A stretch of DNA of 64,000 bases from an uncultured virus (IMG/VR IMGVR_UViG_3300037488_003116) (lineage: Duplodnaviria; Heunggongvirae; Uroviricota; Caudoviricetes). The notes beneath the pieces are model-generated. The model saw only the letters and a program-made list of their open reading frames with translations. It did not search any database and had not been told where the DNA came from. Position 1 is the stretch's first letter. The number at the start of each line of letters is the position of its first letter. The DNA lies in the IMG/VR virus record IMGVR_UViG_3300037488_003116; one strand, given 5' to 3'. Of the stretch, positions 42,811 to 54,616 are shown piece by piece. Made by a program: the position numbers and the translations under genes.

Positions 42811-44000
42811 TCTGATTTCCTTTCCATGAGGTCTCGGATCACTCCGATGAGTTCTTCAGGCTCTACTGTGTCGCGGATGTAGCAGAGCTGGTCATAGGTC
42901 TCCTGGTTACCCAGGCCATAGCTGAAGCATCCGGCAATGTCTTCCGCCAGACTCTTTTTCTCAGTCAGGGATTTTTCGAAGTCCCCGGTGTTCCTTTGTG
43001 TCATTCTGAACCTCCAGTTCATTGTCATCGTTGTACATTTCTTTTTGATGCGCCTTCCACTCCTCATAACCCAGACGGGTGTCTCCGGCAGAGACTTCCG
43101 CCCGCCAGTCTGTTTCGGTGAAGTCCTTTTGTTTAAGGTCTGAGTATCCTATGAGCTGGTAGATGTCATTCCATGTGGCTCCGCAACAATCGCAGGATAC
43201 GCCCTGCCATGCTTGGGTTCCATCTATTTCGATACTCCCTCCCGAAACCTCTTTGCCCCTGCATGAGGGGCAGACGTTAGGGTTTTTAATATACTGGGCA
43301 TCAGTCAGGGGTTTCTTTTTCATTTGTTCTCCTTATTCTAATTCTGTTGACCCACATAAAGGGCAGATCATGTCTTCTTCATTCCAAACACGTTCGTCTT
43401 TTCCATTCTGATGGACATTTAACTCTATCGACGTTCCACAGGCCTTACAGATAAAGGTTTCTAAATCGGGATGTTCCATGTTACTCCCATACGATTTCAA
43501 CCTTACAGGGATGGGCACAGATCTTTTCAAGACGTTTCTTAGCTATGGTCGCGGCATGTTTCAGGGATCTTCCGAAGCCACAGGTGAACCAGTGGTTCAG
43601 TCCCCACCGTGATCCCCATTCTACCACCCGGCCCGGCAAGAGATCAGGGATGAATCTACCCCCTATTTTTAGCCCCTCTATTCCGGGGGTCATTTGAACG
43701 GGCTTATCAAAGGTCAGGATAAGAATTGGTTTGATCTTAGGAATCTTGCGGATCATTTGTCCCCCTTATAATCATCTACATTGATAATGCAGTTTCCGGT
43801 TTCCTGCTGGTACTCCTCTAAGGCTTCTTGCAGGTTGTTGGATTTAGGAAGTCTGTGGGTGTACTTGGAAGTTTTATGGTAGAAGAACCACTGACCTGCA
43901 AAGACGGTTCCTTCTCCACCTGCATGGATGATGTCCCCATTGGTGAGCGGGGCACAATCCGCTCGGGTCTTCTCGGGTTTGATCTCAACATATTGTCTGG

Positions 44001-45416
44001 TCATTCTTCCTCCCTCTTAAATTTGATCTGAGCTGTAGTGCATTCAGACGGATCTACGTCATCCCGGATCTCTTTGAAGCTGGGCTGATATAGATGCCCA
44101 TGCTGTCCATTGACGTAGAGGTATTTGATCTCGGCGATTGACCCAATCGGGATGGGCATCTTGCTGGCGGCAACCGTGCAGTAGCCCCTGAATTCCCAGG
44201 TGCCCTGCTGGTTCAGGAGTTCCAGACCGATCGAGTTTTTACCTGGTCGTCCGGCACAAACTCGTGCAGAGAGTTCTGCATAGAACTTGTGCTTGAGCAT
44301 ATCCCCACCGGTTGAAGGTCGTCCGGCAGAGACCCTTGCTGTGAGCTTCTTGAAAACAACGCCTTCTCGTTTCTCCCTTTTGAACTGCTCATACATGAAT
44401 CGTTTATCTGTCCCAACATAGAGGGGGACTAATATAATCCCTGATTGGGAAGAAGCGAACAGCCTACGGAGTTCGATGTATCTATTGTTGTAATCATATC
44501 CTCGGAGGTCAGTTATAAACTCCTCGTGGATGTCAAAAACGTGAAAGTTATCCCCTATCTGCTCTCCATCTAAGAGCAGGTGAGTGTTTCGTAGAGACCA
44601 ATCTTCAAGGACTGGGATGACGCTATGAATGAAGGAAGGCGACGCGGTAACTAAGATTCCCTTCTTGTTCGTGACCCATAGACCCGGTTCAAAGACTCCT
44701 TCCCCTATCGACAATGCCTTCCGCTTCCATTCGAGCATCTTATGGGTGCCGTCTTTCTTCTCTTGAAGTCCCCAGTCCGGGTCATCGAGCAGACGCTCCG
44801 CCGTCTCCTCGTCGATCTCGTTAAGGAGCTGGGGGTAGTTACCCGTCTGGATTTTCTCACCTGGCGACATGGCCTGGGTCTCGGGGACTGGCGTGCTGGT
44901 TATAGGTGTAACTGGTTTACAAGGTGTCACAGGTGTTGCGTCTGGATTGTCCCAGAAGATCTTCCTGCGGTGGACATGGCGAGCGGGCTCTGTGTTAGGG
45001 GGAGTTACAGGTGCCGGAGGAGTCTCAGTCCGGAGAGCTGTGGCCATGCCTGAGACCCCCGGAGCAGGCCGAGTATGGAGGGCTTCAGGGGCGACCCCGT
45101 TGTCCCATTGGATGGCCTCGTAGCCTTTAGCCAGCTTACTGTTCAAGAGGGATTCAAAAACTTTTAGGGCCTTCTCGTAGGAGACTCCCCCATCAGCAGT
45201 TTTTGTCCAGGGCACCAGGGAGGCACCTCTCCGTCCAGACTGTGCCTCTACCCGGTAGGTGAGCTGGGCGGATTCTTGCCCGCCCGCGATTTCTTCTGTG
45301 AATTCTTCCTCGTGCTCATTCAACTGGATGTCATAGACCTTATCACTGCTCCCTTCGTTGCACCAAAGGGAAACGCTTCTAAGAGTACGCATGGAAACGC
45401 TTCTAAGAGTACGCAT
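44001..45416 (-). CDS. WGR-domain ATP-dependent DNA ligase
   Basis: N-terminal EGSSDKVY...GRRG...K..KGY, Pro-rich linker, QEKKDG, LLDGE, FDI, EGVVFK, LKHKF and an OB-fold EIKYL...LYQP....R.D. Confidence 0.85.
   Translation of the reverse strand: MRTLRSVSMRTLRSVSLWCNEGSSDKVYDIQLNEHEEEFTEEIAGGQESAQLTYRVEAQSGRRGASLVPWTKTADGGVSYEKALKVFESLLNSKLAKGYEAIQWDNGVAPEALHTRPAPGVSGMATALRTETPPAPVTPPNTEPARHVHRRKIFWDNPDATPVTPCKPVTPITSTPVPETQAMSPGEKIQTGNYPQLLNEIDEETAERLLDDPDWGLQEKKDGTHKMLEWKRKALSIGEGVFEPGLWVTNKKGILVTASPSFIHSVIPVLEDWSLRNTHLLLDGEQIGDNFHVFDIHEEFITDLRGYDYNNRYIELRRLFASSQSGIILVPLYVGTDKRFMYEQFKREKREGVVFKKLTARVSAGRPSTGGDMLKHKFYAELSARVCAGRPGKNSIGLELLNQQGTWEFRGYCTVAASKMPIPIGSIAEIKYLYVNGQHGHLYQPSFKEIRDDVDPSECTTAQIKFKREEE
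45369..45416. repeat. Perfect 24-nt tandem duplication of the ligase gene start
   Basis: GGAAACGCTTCTAAGAGTACGCAT twice, giving MRTLRSVS twice. Confidence 0.9.
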
Positions 45417-45709
45417 CTCGTGTCTCCCTTCTTAGGGTGAGGGTTAATCAGGCCAGAGCCCGTGCTCGGACAGGATGACGGTTACTCGTTCGAGGGAGTC
45501 GGAATTGAGTGGCGTGTTAGGGTCAAGTATACTGTCGTTGAGGGGGGTATATCCTGTCCCCCCATTGAGCCAGACTTCGGCGATGTCCAGAGTAAACTGC
45601 TCTAGATCTCCTCTGCTGGCGGTTTGAACTTTTTGCCGGAGGTCTCCAAAAGTTTTCATTCTTAACTTTTCCTTTCTGAACTTTCACAAATTATATTGAA
45701 GGGGTTAAT

Positions 45710-45740
45710 GTCGCACCTTTATGGGTGCGTGGATTGAAAC
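45710..45740 (+). CRISPR. Solitary type I-C repeat 1
   Basis: GTCGCACCTTTATGGGTGCGTGGATTGAAAC; two differences from the array consensus, both in the loop. Confidence 0.9.
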
Positions 45741-46520
45741 CTTATTGCAAGTGCATCAAAAGGGTTTACAGGTCTTGAGGGCCTCACTAAGAAGACCCTC
45801 CTATTAAATGGCTTCTTCTTGGGGGCTTCCGATACGGTGGGTTTGTATGCCTTCCCGTGCTCATAGGCCGCCTGCTGTTGAACATCGGTACTCTGGAATT
45901 GCTCTCCTCGTACTCCTTTACGGAAGGCGTCAAGTAAATGTGTTCTCGATAAATATTCCCATTCTACTTCGCAGACGGGGCATGTCCAGCCGAAGTCACG
46001 CTTATGCGTTTTACATCTCCTCATTCAGATCTCCTTTACTGGAAGGCAATTTTCTTTTCTTTACAGAAGGCATAGAGCTTCTCTTCAAACAGAAAGCTCA
46101 TTGTTGAGTAGCTCCCGTCTTTTCCTGAATAGGTTTTGGTCTCGGTATCAAAGACTCCGGTGAAGGGAATAGCCAGCACTGTTCTGACTCCTGAGTTCAG
46201 GAGAGGGGCATACCCGGCAGAACAGATAACGACTGTTGCTATTTTCCTTCCCAGAAGTTCCTCGCTGTCTTTCTTATACCTATCAAACTTTGCAAATCCC
46301 GGATGCTGATCGAACACGAGGACGAATGCCCCAATCCCATTCCAGTTCCTTATGACAAGGTGATTATTCTGATCTATGGGGATATTAATGCCAAAGGCCT
46401 TCCCAATGCGATAGACATCATCACCTTTATAGGTTTTGTGCCCGTTCTTCCTCAACCACCGGAGAAACTTGCGACAAATTCTCCGGTAGTGCTCATCGTC
46501 TGATTCCCAAAAGAATTTCA

Positions 46521-47060
46521 TCAGTTCTCCTTCCATATGATTCTGCGACCGGGGGACACCAGTAGTAAGGGCCCGCTCGCCTCCATCAGCAGTTTAGTCT
46601 GGACTGGCGTCGGGCCAGACTCGAAACCCAAAGGCTCGCTGGCATCAATCCACCCGTGATCGTCCGGATCTTCCCCCTGATATTCTACCACACCCGATAA
46701 GGTATATCCTCTCGGAGTTAAAACATTATCGATGATGTACTTGAGCCACTTGCGGTACTCATAGAACTTCTCGCCCCCGTCCCATTCTATACCGTTGTGG
46801 TCTTCAGTCGGTGCCCATAGACACCACAGACTTGGCTGGGTACGGGGTGGTCGGTCATAATCGAGAACAGTAACATCTCCGGGCTCTTCTCTGCCGTCTA
46901 CAAAGAACTCCCCCTCGATTCCGTACTTACTGGTAAGAAGGGGGCTGAATTTGCGAGCCACACGCCGGGTCTCGTTGAGCTTGACAAGAAAGGAATATGT
47001 CTCTTCGTCAAGGGGCTTGTTTAACCAGAAGCGCCCGGTGAATTCTGTCGTATACCCCAA
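46521..47060 (-). CDS. Hypothetical phage protein (MGYTTEF-type) with C-terminal RRIIW
   Basis: GGAGG before a TTG at 47060; QPSLWCLW...IEWDGGEKFY...WLKY. Confidence 0.65.
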   Translation of the reverse strand: MGYTTEFTGRFWLNKPLDEETYSFLVKLNETRRVARKFSPLLTSKYGIEGEFFVDGREEPGDVTVLDYDRPPRTQPSLWCLWAPTEDHNGIEWDGGEKFYEYRKWLKYIIDNVLTPRGYTLSGVVEYQGEDPDDHGWIDASEPLGFESGPTPVQTKLLMEASGPLLLVSPGRRIIWKEN

Positions 47061-47312
47061 AGTAAACCTCCTTCTATATGTTATTCCACAGTATGAACTC
47101 TGATCTTGGGCTGTGCACAGAAAGAGCCGTAGCACTGTAGCATGCGTCAATCATCCTTCTCGCACTGTCAAGTATTGACTTATCGGAAGGTTCTCTCTCT
47201 GTCTCAGTCCTGACCTTTACATTTACTGATATGCCGGTTGACCGGGGATAGCCACGGACACCCAGTGGCTTCCCCAGACTGACCTGTGCCCGGCAGCACC
47301 ATATGCACGCCA

Positions 47313-47636
47313 TTATTCTTTCCAGATTATCTTGCGGGGTTTGACCGTCTCTCTGGCGGGTTCCGCTTCCTTGCCCCTCACGGGAATCTGCTCCCGGATA
47401 GCCGTTGACCGGTGCTCTTGCGTTCTGTCAACCCCGATCCTGGTGCAAGTCCGATCGGCGTTGCCAGACTCAACTGCACGGGTATGTTTACACTCCCGTT
47501 CTTTGTCCGCCTTCTTCATGCACCAGCCGGGACATCCACAGCTCGTGTGCCCGTCAGCATACTGGAGGGTCTCATACTCCTTGTCCGAGGATGAGGATTT
47601 GAAATACCACGACTTTACTATGTCGTTGCTACTCAT
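47313..47636 (-). CDS. SWIM zinc-finger protein with C-terminal RKIIW
   Basis: SSSSDKEY...SCGCPGW...CKH. Confidence 0.75.
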   Translation of the reverse strand: MSSNDIVKSWYFKSSSSDKEYETLQYADGHTSCGCPGWCMKKADKERECKHTRAVESGNADRTCTRIGVDRTQEHRSTAIREQIPVRGKEAEPARETVKPRKIIWKE

Positions 47637-48470
47637 ACTATTCCCCTTTCTTCCTCACTATTCGTTTTACTTTTCCGGTGACGATCCCGTCTGCCCGGAC
47701 TGCTACTGAATTAGTGGCCGGTAGGATCTCGGTTACATAACCGATCGTGCCGTCTCTGAGCACTACTTGATCCCCAATTTCTGCTTTCATTCATACCTCC
47801 TTAACGGAACTTTTCAGGGTGTAACATTCTCAGGGGATGTCCTTGGGGAACATCCTTGATTCGTATGCCGTAAATCTTCCGGTTCTCTTTCTCAAGGTCT
47901 CGTCCATTGAACAGGAAGTTATTGGTCTCAGTCCACGTTTCTACAGAGCGGTTATAGGGCTGGCCTTCGACGAACGGGAAGCGTACTCCAGACTGGTTAT
48001 CGACGGACTTGATGACCCCGCCTTCGACGACAATCGTGATCGTCCTCCGATGACGGGATGTAAGAACTATTGTCTGGTTCATAGTGGGGCAAATGAGGCC
48101 GGTTTAGGATTTTTCTTCTTCTCACTGAAAAGCTTGTCCAAGTTTTTCTGCTTCTTGATCTCAGCTCGGACATCAGACGCCGTAAGTCGGTTGGCATATC
48201 GCATATGATAAGCGTCCCCGACATCCAGATGAATCAGATGGACGGGCTTCAGGGAGTACACCAGGTAACGGGCATACCCATCGCCGACCGGGAACCGGAT
48301 CTCCTCTCCGGCCTCGGGACAGGTCTGGGAGTCCTTGAGTGCCTGCTTCAGGCGGGCAATGACGGCTTCACAGTCTTTCTCGTACTGGTCATACTTGAAA
48401 CCGCTTTTCTTGACATAGGTTTCCATCTTTGGAAGGTCAAACCCTTTAGGGGGCCTGAATATTTGAGCCA

Positions 48471-49472
48471 TTAGTCCTCCTTGTTAAGGGCGTTACATAT
48501 TCTTGTGCAACAGACTGGTTCCTTTTTATCTTCTCTGAGGAAGCCCTGAGACGCAGTATGAATATGACATCTTTCTATTTTGTCGTAGACATGCCATGAT
48601 CTACCACCGTCTTCATAATCAAAATGTTGAACTTCATATCTCGTCTCTGTTTTAGGTGGTTCCTCGTCGGGTTCTACATCAGGGAACTCTTTCCCTTCAA
48701 TAAGGGATACACTGAAGTCATACCCCTCTTCTCCACAAGATTTAACCCGAATACCGGCTCGTTCCATAGCCTCCTCAAACAGCTTTCTGGTACTGTATAT
48801 GAAGGTCAGATTGTACAGAACACGCTGATACTCACGCTCGATGCCTTCACTCTTATTGTGTAGGATAATCTCCCCTTTGCCCTTCAGATACTCCTTGAAT
48901 CTTCCATGGAGCTTTCGTTCAAGGATCCTTTTACGAATGGCCTCAAACTTCTTATGGGTCTCCTCATAAGTTATGTGCTTTTTGCTCTCTTTGAGGTGCT
49001 CTAATAGCTCATCTGCATAGGACTTGAGCATCAGGGGGTCTTCAGCATATCGCATATTGAAAAAGGCGTGCTCTGCAAAAGACATCTTCATGCCGAGGTC
49101 TGAGTGGGGATCAAGAGTAGCGATCCTCTCACCTAACAACATGCCATGGCCAAGCACGGCACCGAGTAAGGTCCGGAGAGGCTTGCGCCCTTGGCCCTTA
49201 TCTTCATAGGCAACGTGGGGCAGGCTTACCCGTGTGACGAACGGGGGAGAGCAGACTCCCCCATCGCCGTGGCCCTTGAAGGCCTTGAGCAGGGCCTTCT
49301 CGTCAAGTGTATCCATGTCCTGATAGTCCTGATAGTTCTTTATATATTTCCGGTACTCCTTGGGTTCAGCTTTGATGTTCCAGCGCTTCTTAATGAATCG
49401 GAGGATTGCGTCCATTTCATTCGAGAAGTTAAAATTCATGTAGTTATTCAGATCGCATAGTTTATAGCTCAT
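48471..49472 (-). CDS. Hypothetical protein
   Basis: 333-aa ORF coupled to neighbours. Confidence 0.65.
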   Translation of the reverse strand: MSYKLCDLNNYMNFNFSNEMDAILRFIKKRWNIKAEPKEYRKYIKNYQDYQDMDTLDEKALLKAFKGHGDGGVCSPPFVTRVSLPHVAYEDKGQGRKPLRTLLGAVLGHGMLLGERIATLDPHSDLGMKMSFAEHAFFNMRYAEDPLMLKSYADELLEHLKESKKHITYEETHKKFEAIRKRILERKLHGRFKEYLKGKGEIILHNKSEGIEREYQRVLYNLTFIYSTRKLFEEAMERAGIRVKSCGEEGYDFSVSLIEGKEFPDVEPDEEPPKTETRYEVQHFDYEDGGRSWHVYDKIERCHIHTASQGFLREDKKEPVCCTRICNALNKED

Positions 49473-50733
49473 CCTTCAATCGCTCCAGACGGGAATGCCC
49501 CACTCCGCCACTGCTTGGCCACGAGTGCGTTCCTGGTCGGGTCGAAGAATGACGGGGTGTAGTGGTAGGTCCTGTTTCCAATCGTGTATGACCTGTTGAC
49601 AATGAACTTGTTGTCCGGAGTCCTCAGAATGAACAGGTACAAGAGCTCAGCCATCAGGGCGTCGTGCTCAGCGTACAAGGTCTTAGCGGCCGCAATCTGC
49701 GTGCGTAGTGCTTCCAGACGATCGAACTTGGCTTGGATGGCCTGTTCCATCTGGGAGACTGAAGGGGACAAGGAGACCGGGGGCGTGCGTCGTGTTCTTG
49801 GCATAAAAGTAACCTCCTGAAAATAGGATTAGGATTGAGTGCAGTGTTAGTGGACACAGGGCGGGCGTAGCGTAGTAAGGCTTGCCCTACTCGATGAGAG
49901 TGATAGAGCTCCGACTCTCATGGGCATCTTGTTCGGTCGGGTCTCCATCAAGGCGAACAATGACTGTGTTCTGCATGAAGGCTTGATAAGCCCTCTGCTC
50001 AGGATCGCCCTCTGTGTCAAAGTCCTCAAGCTCGTCATGGATGACGGTGGCCTTACCCTTGTCGGTAAGAACCCGATCCCCAGTCTCATAGACTGGGGTT
50101 GGAATGTTAATGATCTTCATCTGTTCTTGTCGCTATTGACGATGATGGACATCTCTCGTTCCAAGGCCCGGGCATAGGAGTCAGGACTATCACAGGTGCC
50201 TCGGATTCTTCGGATGGCCCTCTCGGTCGCATTGAAGCGACCCTTGATGGGCCATTTGCCCGAGTCATCCTGCTGTCTGAACAGCCGGTTGATGACTCGG
50301 GTCTGGCCCAGAGGTGTATCGCTCTTCTTCCATGCAATACTCAGGATCTGCTCTGCTGACTTTGTCTTCATCGCCCATCCGCCCATAGTTCATAGGCAGC
50401 TTCCTTCGCTGCCTCATCGCATGCTTCGAGATAGTCAAAGATCTTAATCGTCATCTCGTTGTCATCAATCAGGCGAGAGAGATCGATTGCCGTTATGGGT
50501 TGCTTAGACAGGACTACCCGTTCAATCTCTATCTGGGCATCCTCGTCCGGCTCCAGGGGCGGGCCGAACTTGCCGTCTCGGGCTCCCTTACAGGCCGGAG
50601 AGTAGTGGTAATGAACATCAACCTCATACTCCTTGTCCGTGTACCGAGACAGGATTTTTGTCGTAAATATATTCGTGAATGAGGCCATTTATTTCCTCCT
50701 AGTCTAACCATAGACTATATTGAAAGGGTTAAT

Positions 50734-50763
50734 GTCGCATCTTTACGGTGCGTGGATTGAAAC
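50734..50763 (+). CRISPR. Solitary type I-C repeat 2
   Basis: GTCGCATCTTTACGGTGCGTGGATTGAAAC; stem kept with one G-U pair; intergenic. Confidence 0.9.
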
Positions 50764-51807
50764 CTTATAGGTTATTCTTGTACGAAGTCAAAATAGAATC
50801 TCGGGTTATTCTGAAAGCATAGGGAACCCCTGACTAGGTCTGACTTCCTTGTGACTACGACGTAAGGGGCACGGAAGCCACTCACTACGAAGTCCTGACC
50901 AAGTTCCTGGGTGTCCCATACCTTCCCGTGTTTCTGCTCCAGCTCCTCACGGGCCGTGGGGCTCTGGTTGATTTCCTTCACAAGAGACCGACGAACGGAC
51001 TCGGTTTCATCAATGGGCATGGCGTGCTCCTTGTCGGGGGTTAAAAACGTTACTCTCTACTCGAAGAGAGACTGAACCTCTTCTGCGGAAGTCTTCGTCT
51101 GCTCCTTGAATCGCCCACATGGAATTGTAGATGTAGAGATCCTTATTCGGATCTCCTGAGGGCTTTCTCGTTCGCAGATACTGTTGCATACTGTCTACAA
51201 GGTGCCCGTCTTTAGTCATCCTCTTCTTGATCAGGTCATAGCCTCGCTTATTCAGAATGACCTTGAGGTGATGGAGAAGTCGGGACTCACCTTTCGCATA
51301 CAAAATCCCACTGAAGCGGGGGTCGCCCTTCTCTCTGATTACTTGGCAGTTGCCCGGACTCATTTCAACTTTCATTGCTACCTCCAGTTACATTATTTCA
51401 GAAGCTCAACGATACTCTCAGCTTCGCTAAGCATTTCCTCATGGCCACCTGAGTGACCCTTATCATAAGCGATACCGATAAGCGTTGAAGCTTTCGGGTG
51501 ACCTTCAATTCCGAGGTGCTTGATAACATCGTCGTTCCATTTCTCGGGGAAGTCCTTATAGAAACCGGCTCGAAGACGATCCCGAATATTCGAAGACTTG
51601 TACATCTCCTGACGCTTTTTCTCTGCACACTCGGGACAAAGAACGCTTCGAAGCTCTTTGACTTCGTTCTCGATGCAATTCGAATGGCAGGTACGATTGA
51701 TTTCCCACTTCTGATCCTCAGCCTCTTTGAGATTTTTTACAACCGTAATACTTTTGCCACATTTGCAACTGATTGTCCAGCTCTCGTTTTTCTTAATCAT
51801 ATTCTCC

Positions 51808-52416
51808 TCATCCATGCATCTTCATGTAAGTCGAATAAGCTATGGGAGTTATAACGTACCACTCACCCATCGGGCTGTCATGGTGGAAGTTCTGCATGGC
51901 CAGCTTCTTCCCGTGTCTGACTTTGAAGAACCGATAGATGCACTGTGTATCAGGAAGAGTCTCTCGGAGCAACTCTTTGCCGTCCTGAACCTTCATGTAC
52001 TTGTATCCTGTTTGCTTTCGCCAGCCGAAGTCATTGACATTAACCCTGAAGTACATGGTCTCCCCGTTCTGGGTCTTGGTCAAGGCTCTCAGGGCCTGAG
52101 TCAGTTCTTCGTTCAGGTCATTGAAGGCCATCTCGAAGATGTCCTGATCTTCTAAGACTTCAGAACGAATTTCCTCTATGAGTTTGTTCTTGATCTTCAA
52201 GATCTCCTGCTCGGTACGTTCTCCTTTGATGCCCGGATGACCCATGACTTCTTTAGCCATGGCCTCGGACAGCCGTTGAAGATAGTCCTCGTTGTTTTCT
52301 TCCGTCAGGTACGTGACCTGACCATCGGTGATATCAGACTCATCCCAGCCACAGATGGGCGTAGTGATCTTGACTGGGGCCAGAGCCTTGACTCTTATAA
52401 GTTCTTTCTTGTCCAT
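51808..52416 (-). CDS. Hypothetical phage protein
   Basis: 202 aa; AGGAG RBS; HHDSPMGE motif. Confidence 0.6.
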   Translation of the reverse strand: MDKKELIRVKALAPVKITTPICGWDESDITDGQVTYLTEENNEDYLQRLSEAMAKEVMGHPGIKGERTEQEILKIKNKLIEEIRSEVLEDQDIFEMAFNDLNEELTQALRALTKTQNGETMYFRVNVNDFGWRKQTGYKYMKVQDGKELLRETLPDTQCIYRFFKVRHGKKLAMQNFHHDSPMGEWYVITPIAYSTYMKMHG

Positions 52417-54616
52417 ATTAAAGGTACTCCTGTTATTAGTTAATGGTTGTACTGGCGGCTAGTGCATTAATCATACCCAGTAAAGCCGGATCTTGTGTAA
52501 GGTCATTGGATACTTCGTCTACAGCTTCTTTCAGACTCAACCAAGGGCATTGGGCACGTTTGTTTTTGACCATAGTCTTCAGGACTTCTTTTCGATGGGT
52601 CAACTGTTCGGGGGTTAGAGTACTCAGAGTTTCTGCATTCCGGGGTTTCTGCATTCCCTGGCTCCTTCGGGTCCTTTGAGAGTGTACTCATGGCAGGTAT
52701 CGCAGACGAATATTTCTTCTCCAGATGGAAGAGTGATGTACTGAGATATAAGATATCCGCCCGGAGCCCGGGCCAGCTCTTCGTCTGAGGTCTCTGCTGT
52801 TACCTTGCCGGTCTCGGGATTGTAGGTTGCGGGAACTGTGATCTTGGGGCCGTCGTCCCAGTGCGAGGTGAACGTGACATTGATTTCATTGCTCATTCTT
52901 AGCTCCTTGTGGTAAGGTTTAGTCGGGTCTGCCTGACCCGCTCAGGGAACATCTGCGGGTTGTTCTTACGATAGATACTCAGTAGGCGGGTGGCGTGCCC
53001 CAGTCTGGTTCGGTAGTCCTTCTGCTGGGCCGGAGTGATGTCGTCCGGTGTCTGCTTGGCCCTCTTCAGAGCCAAGAGACAGATCCCGATCTCCTGTTTC
53101 AGCTCGTATATACTTCGAGTGGTCCTTATTACTTGGCTTAAAGAGATCACAGCATTGAGTCCTTGATTTTATTTTTCAGGTTCTGGAGCTCTCTCCTGAA
53201 CTTATGTGCGAGATTTCTGTACTTTTTACTCCTGTCTTTCTCTATCTGAAGGTCGTATATCAGTTGCCTCATTTTAGAGATGTCCGCTTCAACTTGTTCA
53301 GCATGGGTCGGCTGATTTTTAAGTCTGATACAGTGCTCCCGTATCTCTTTGAAGACCGACTCCCTTCCTCGCAGGAACTCAGTCGTGTCGGGTTCCTTGA
53401 TCTCCTTTGACTCGATGTCTGCACCTTTCAGGATAGTCATGGTATAAGACACCGCCTTAAAGCTTTCTTCATTTAACTGCAACCACTTGGTCTCACCTTT
53501 TGTGGATCGCATCTTGATCGAAACCCCATATTGATCTATGGGTAAGAGACTCTTGGCCTCTTCATCGTAGTATCTGTATGGCTCACTCATCTGATTTCTC
53601 CTTCTTAAGTTCGTAGTAGATTGTACTGAGAGGCCCAAAGGCTGGGCACAGCTTGGTCTGAATCAATAGGGAGGTCAGCCCGGCCATGGGTGACAGGTAG
53701 GCAAACCCTTGTATCTCTTCGGCGGCCTTCAGCAGTTGGTCTCGGGTGAAGGGGGGATTCTCCATGGCCTTATCAAAGGTTGGGAAGTCCATCACAGTCA
53801 TGTAGGAGTCCATGTGAGTCACACGCCCATTGAGGCCACTGATAAAGACTCCCTGCTCTTGCAGGTAGTCTTCTACTTCATTCATCATACTGTTCATTGC
53901 ATGCTCCTTAGTTGAACTCTTGGCACAAGTTTATGGCCTGCATGGTAGCTATCGCCAAAGATTGTAACCCCCATGAAACTGCTGTACCGTATGTTCTTTG
54001 GACATACAGTACGTTCTTTACCGTCAGGGGATATGATAACATCCCCAGCGACTATCCTGTTCTTATGTACGTGGACAACTATTTGATGTGACTCACTCAT
54101 ATCAATCCCCATGGTCCGAGTTCTTTGTACAGGACTGTCCCGTTTTTTTGTAACTGAGGCCAGTACCTTTTACATTTATGCGTAGGGCAGTAGGCTTGAC
54201 ACTCCCCCTCTGGTAGCTCAGAGGTAGGGGGTATCAGGCCCGTGCCCTTGCACGGGCATTTCTCTGAGCGTACGGGGTACAGGGTGCTTTGGGTCATACT
54301 GCCAAGACTTGTTCGGGGATTTCATATGCTGTCACATACGTTGCATTGTACGTAGTCAGCATCTCTTTGCCCTTCTCGGTCAGGGGCCTGGGGTAACCGA
54401 AGCATGAACCATTGTCATAGCACCATACGAAATGTGCTCGGGGGTCAAGATCAATTGCAACCATTTCATCCACCCAGTTCTGGGGCAGGGCACAGTCGTA
54501 TGATCTCAGCCCTAACAGTTTGCATGCGTCTTCCACTGTGACTCTCATACTGTTCCTTTCGTTAGAGAAAAGGGTTCCCCGGCAGGCCTGTAGCCTTACC
54601 GAGGAACCCCATATAA

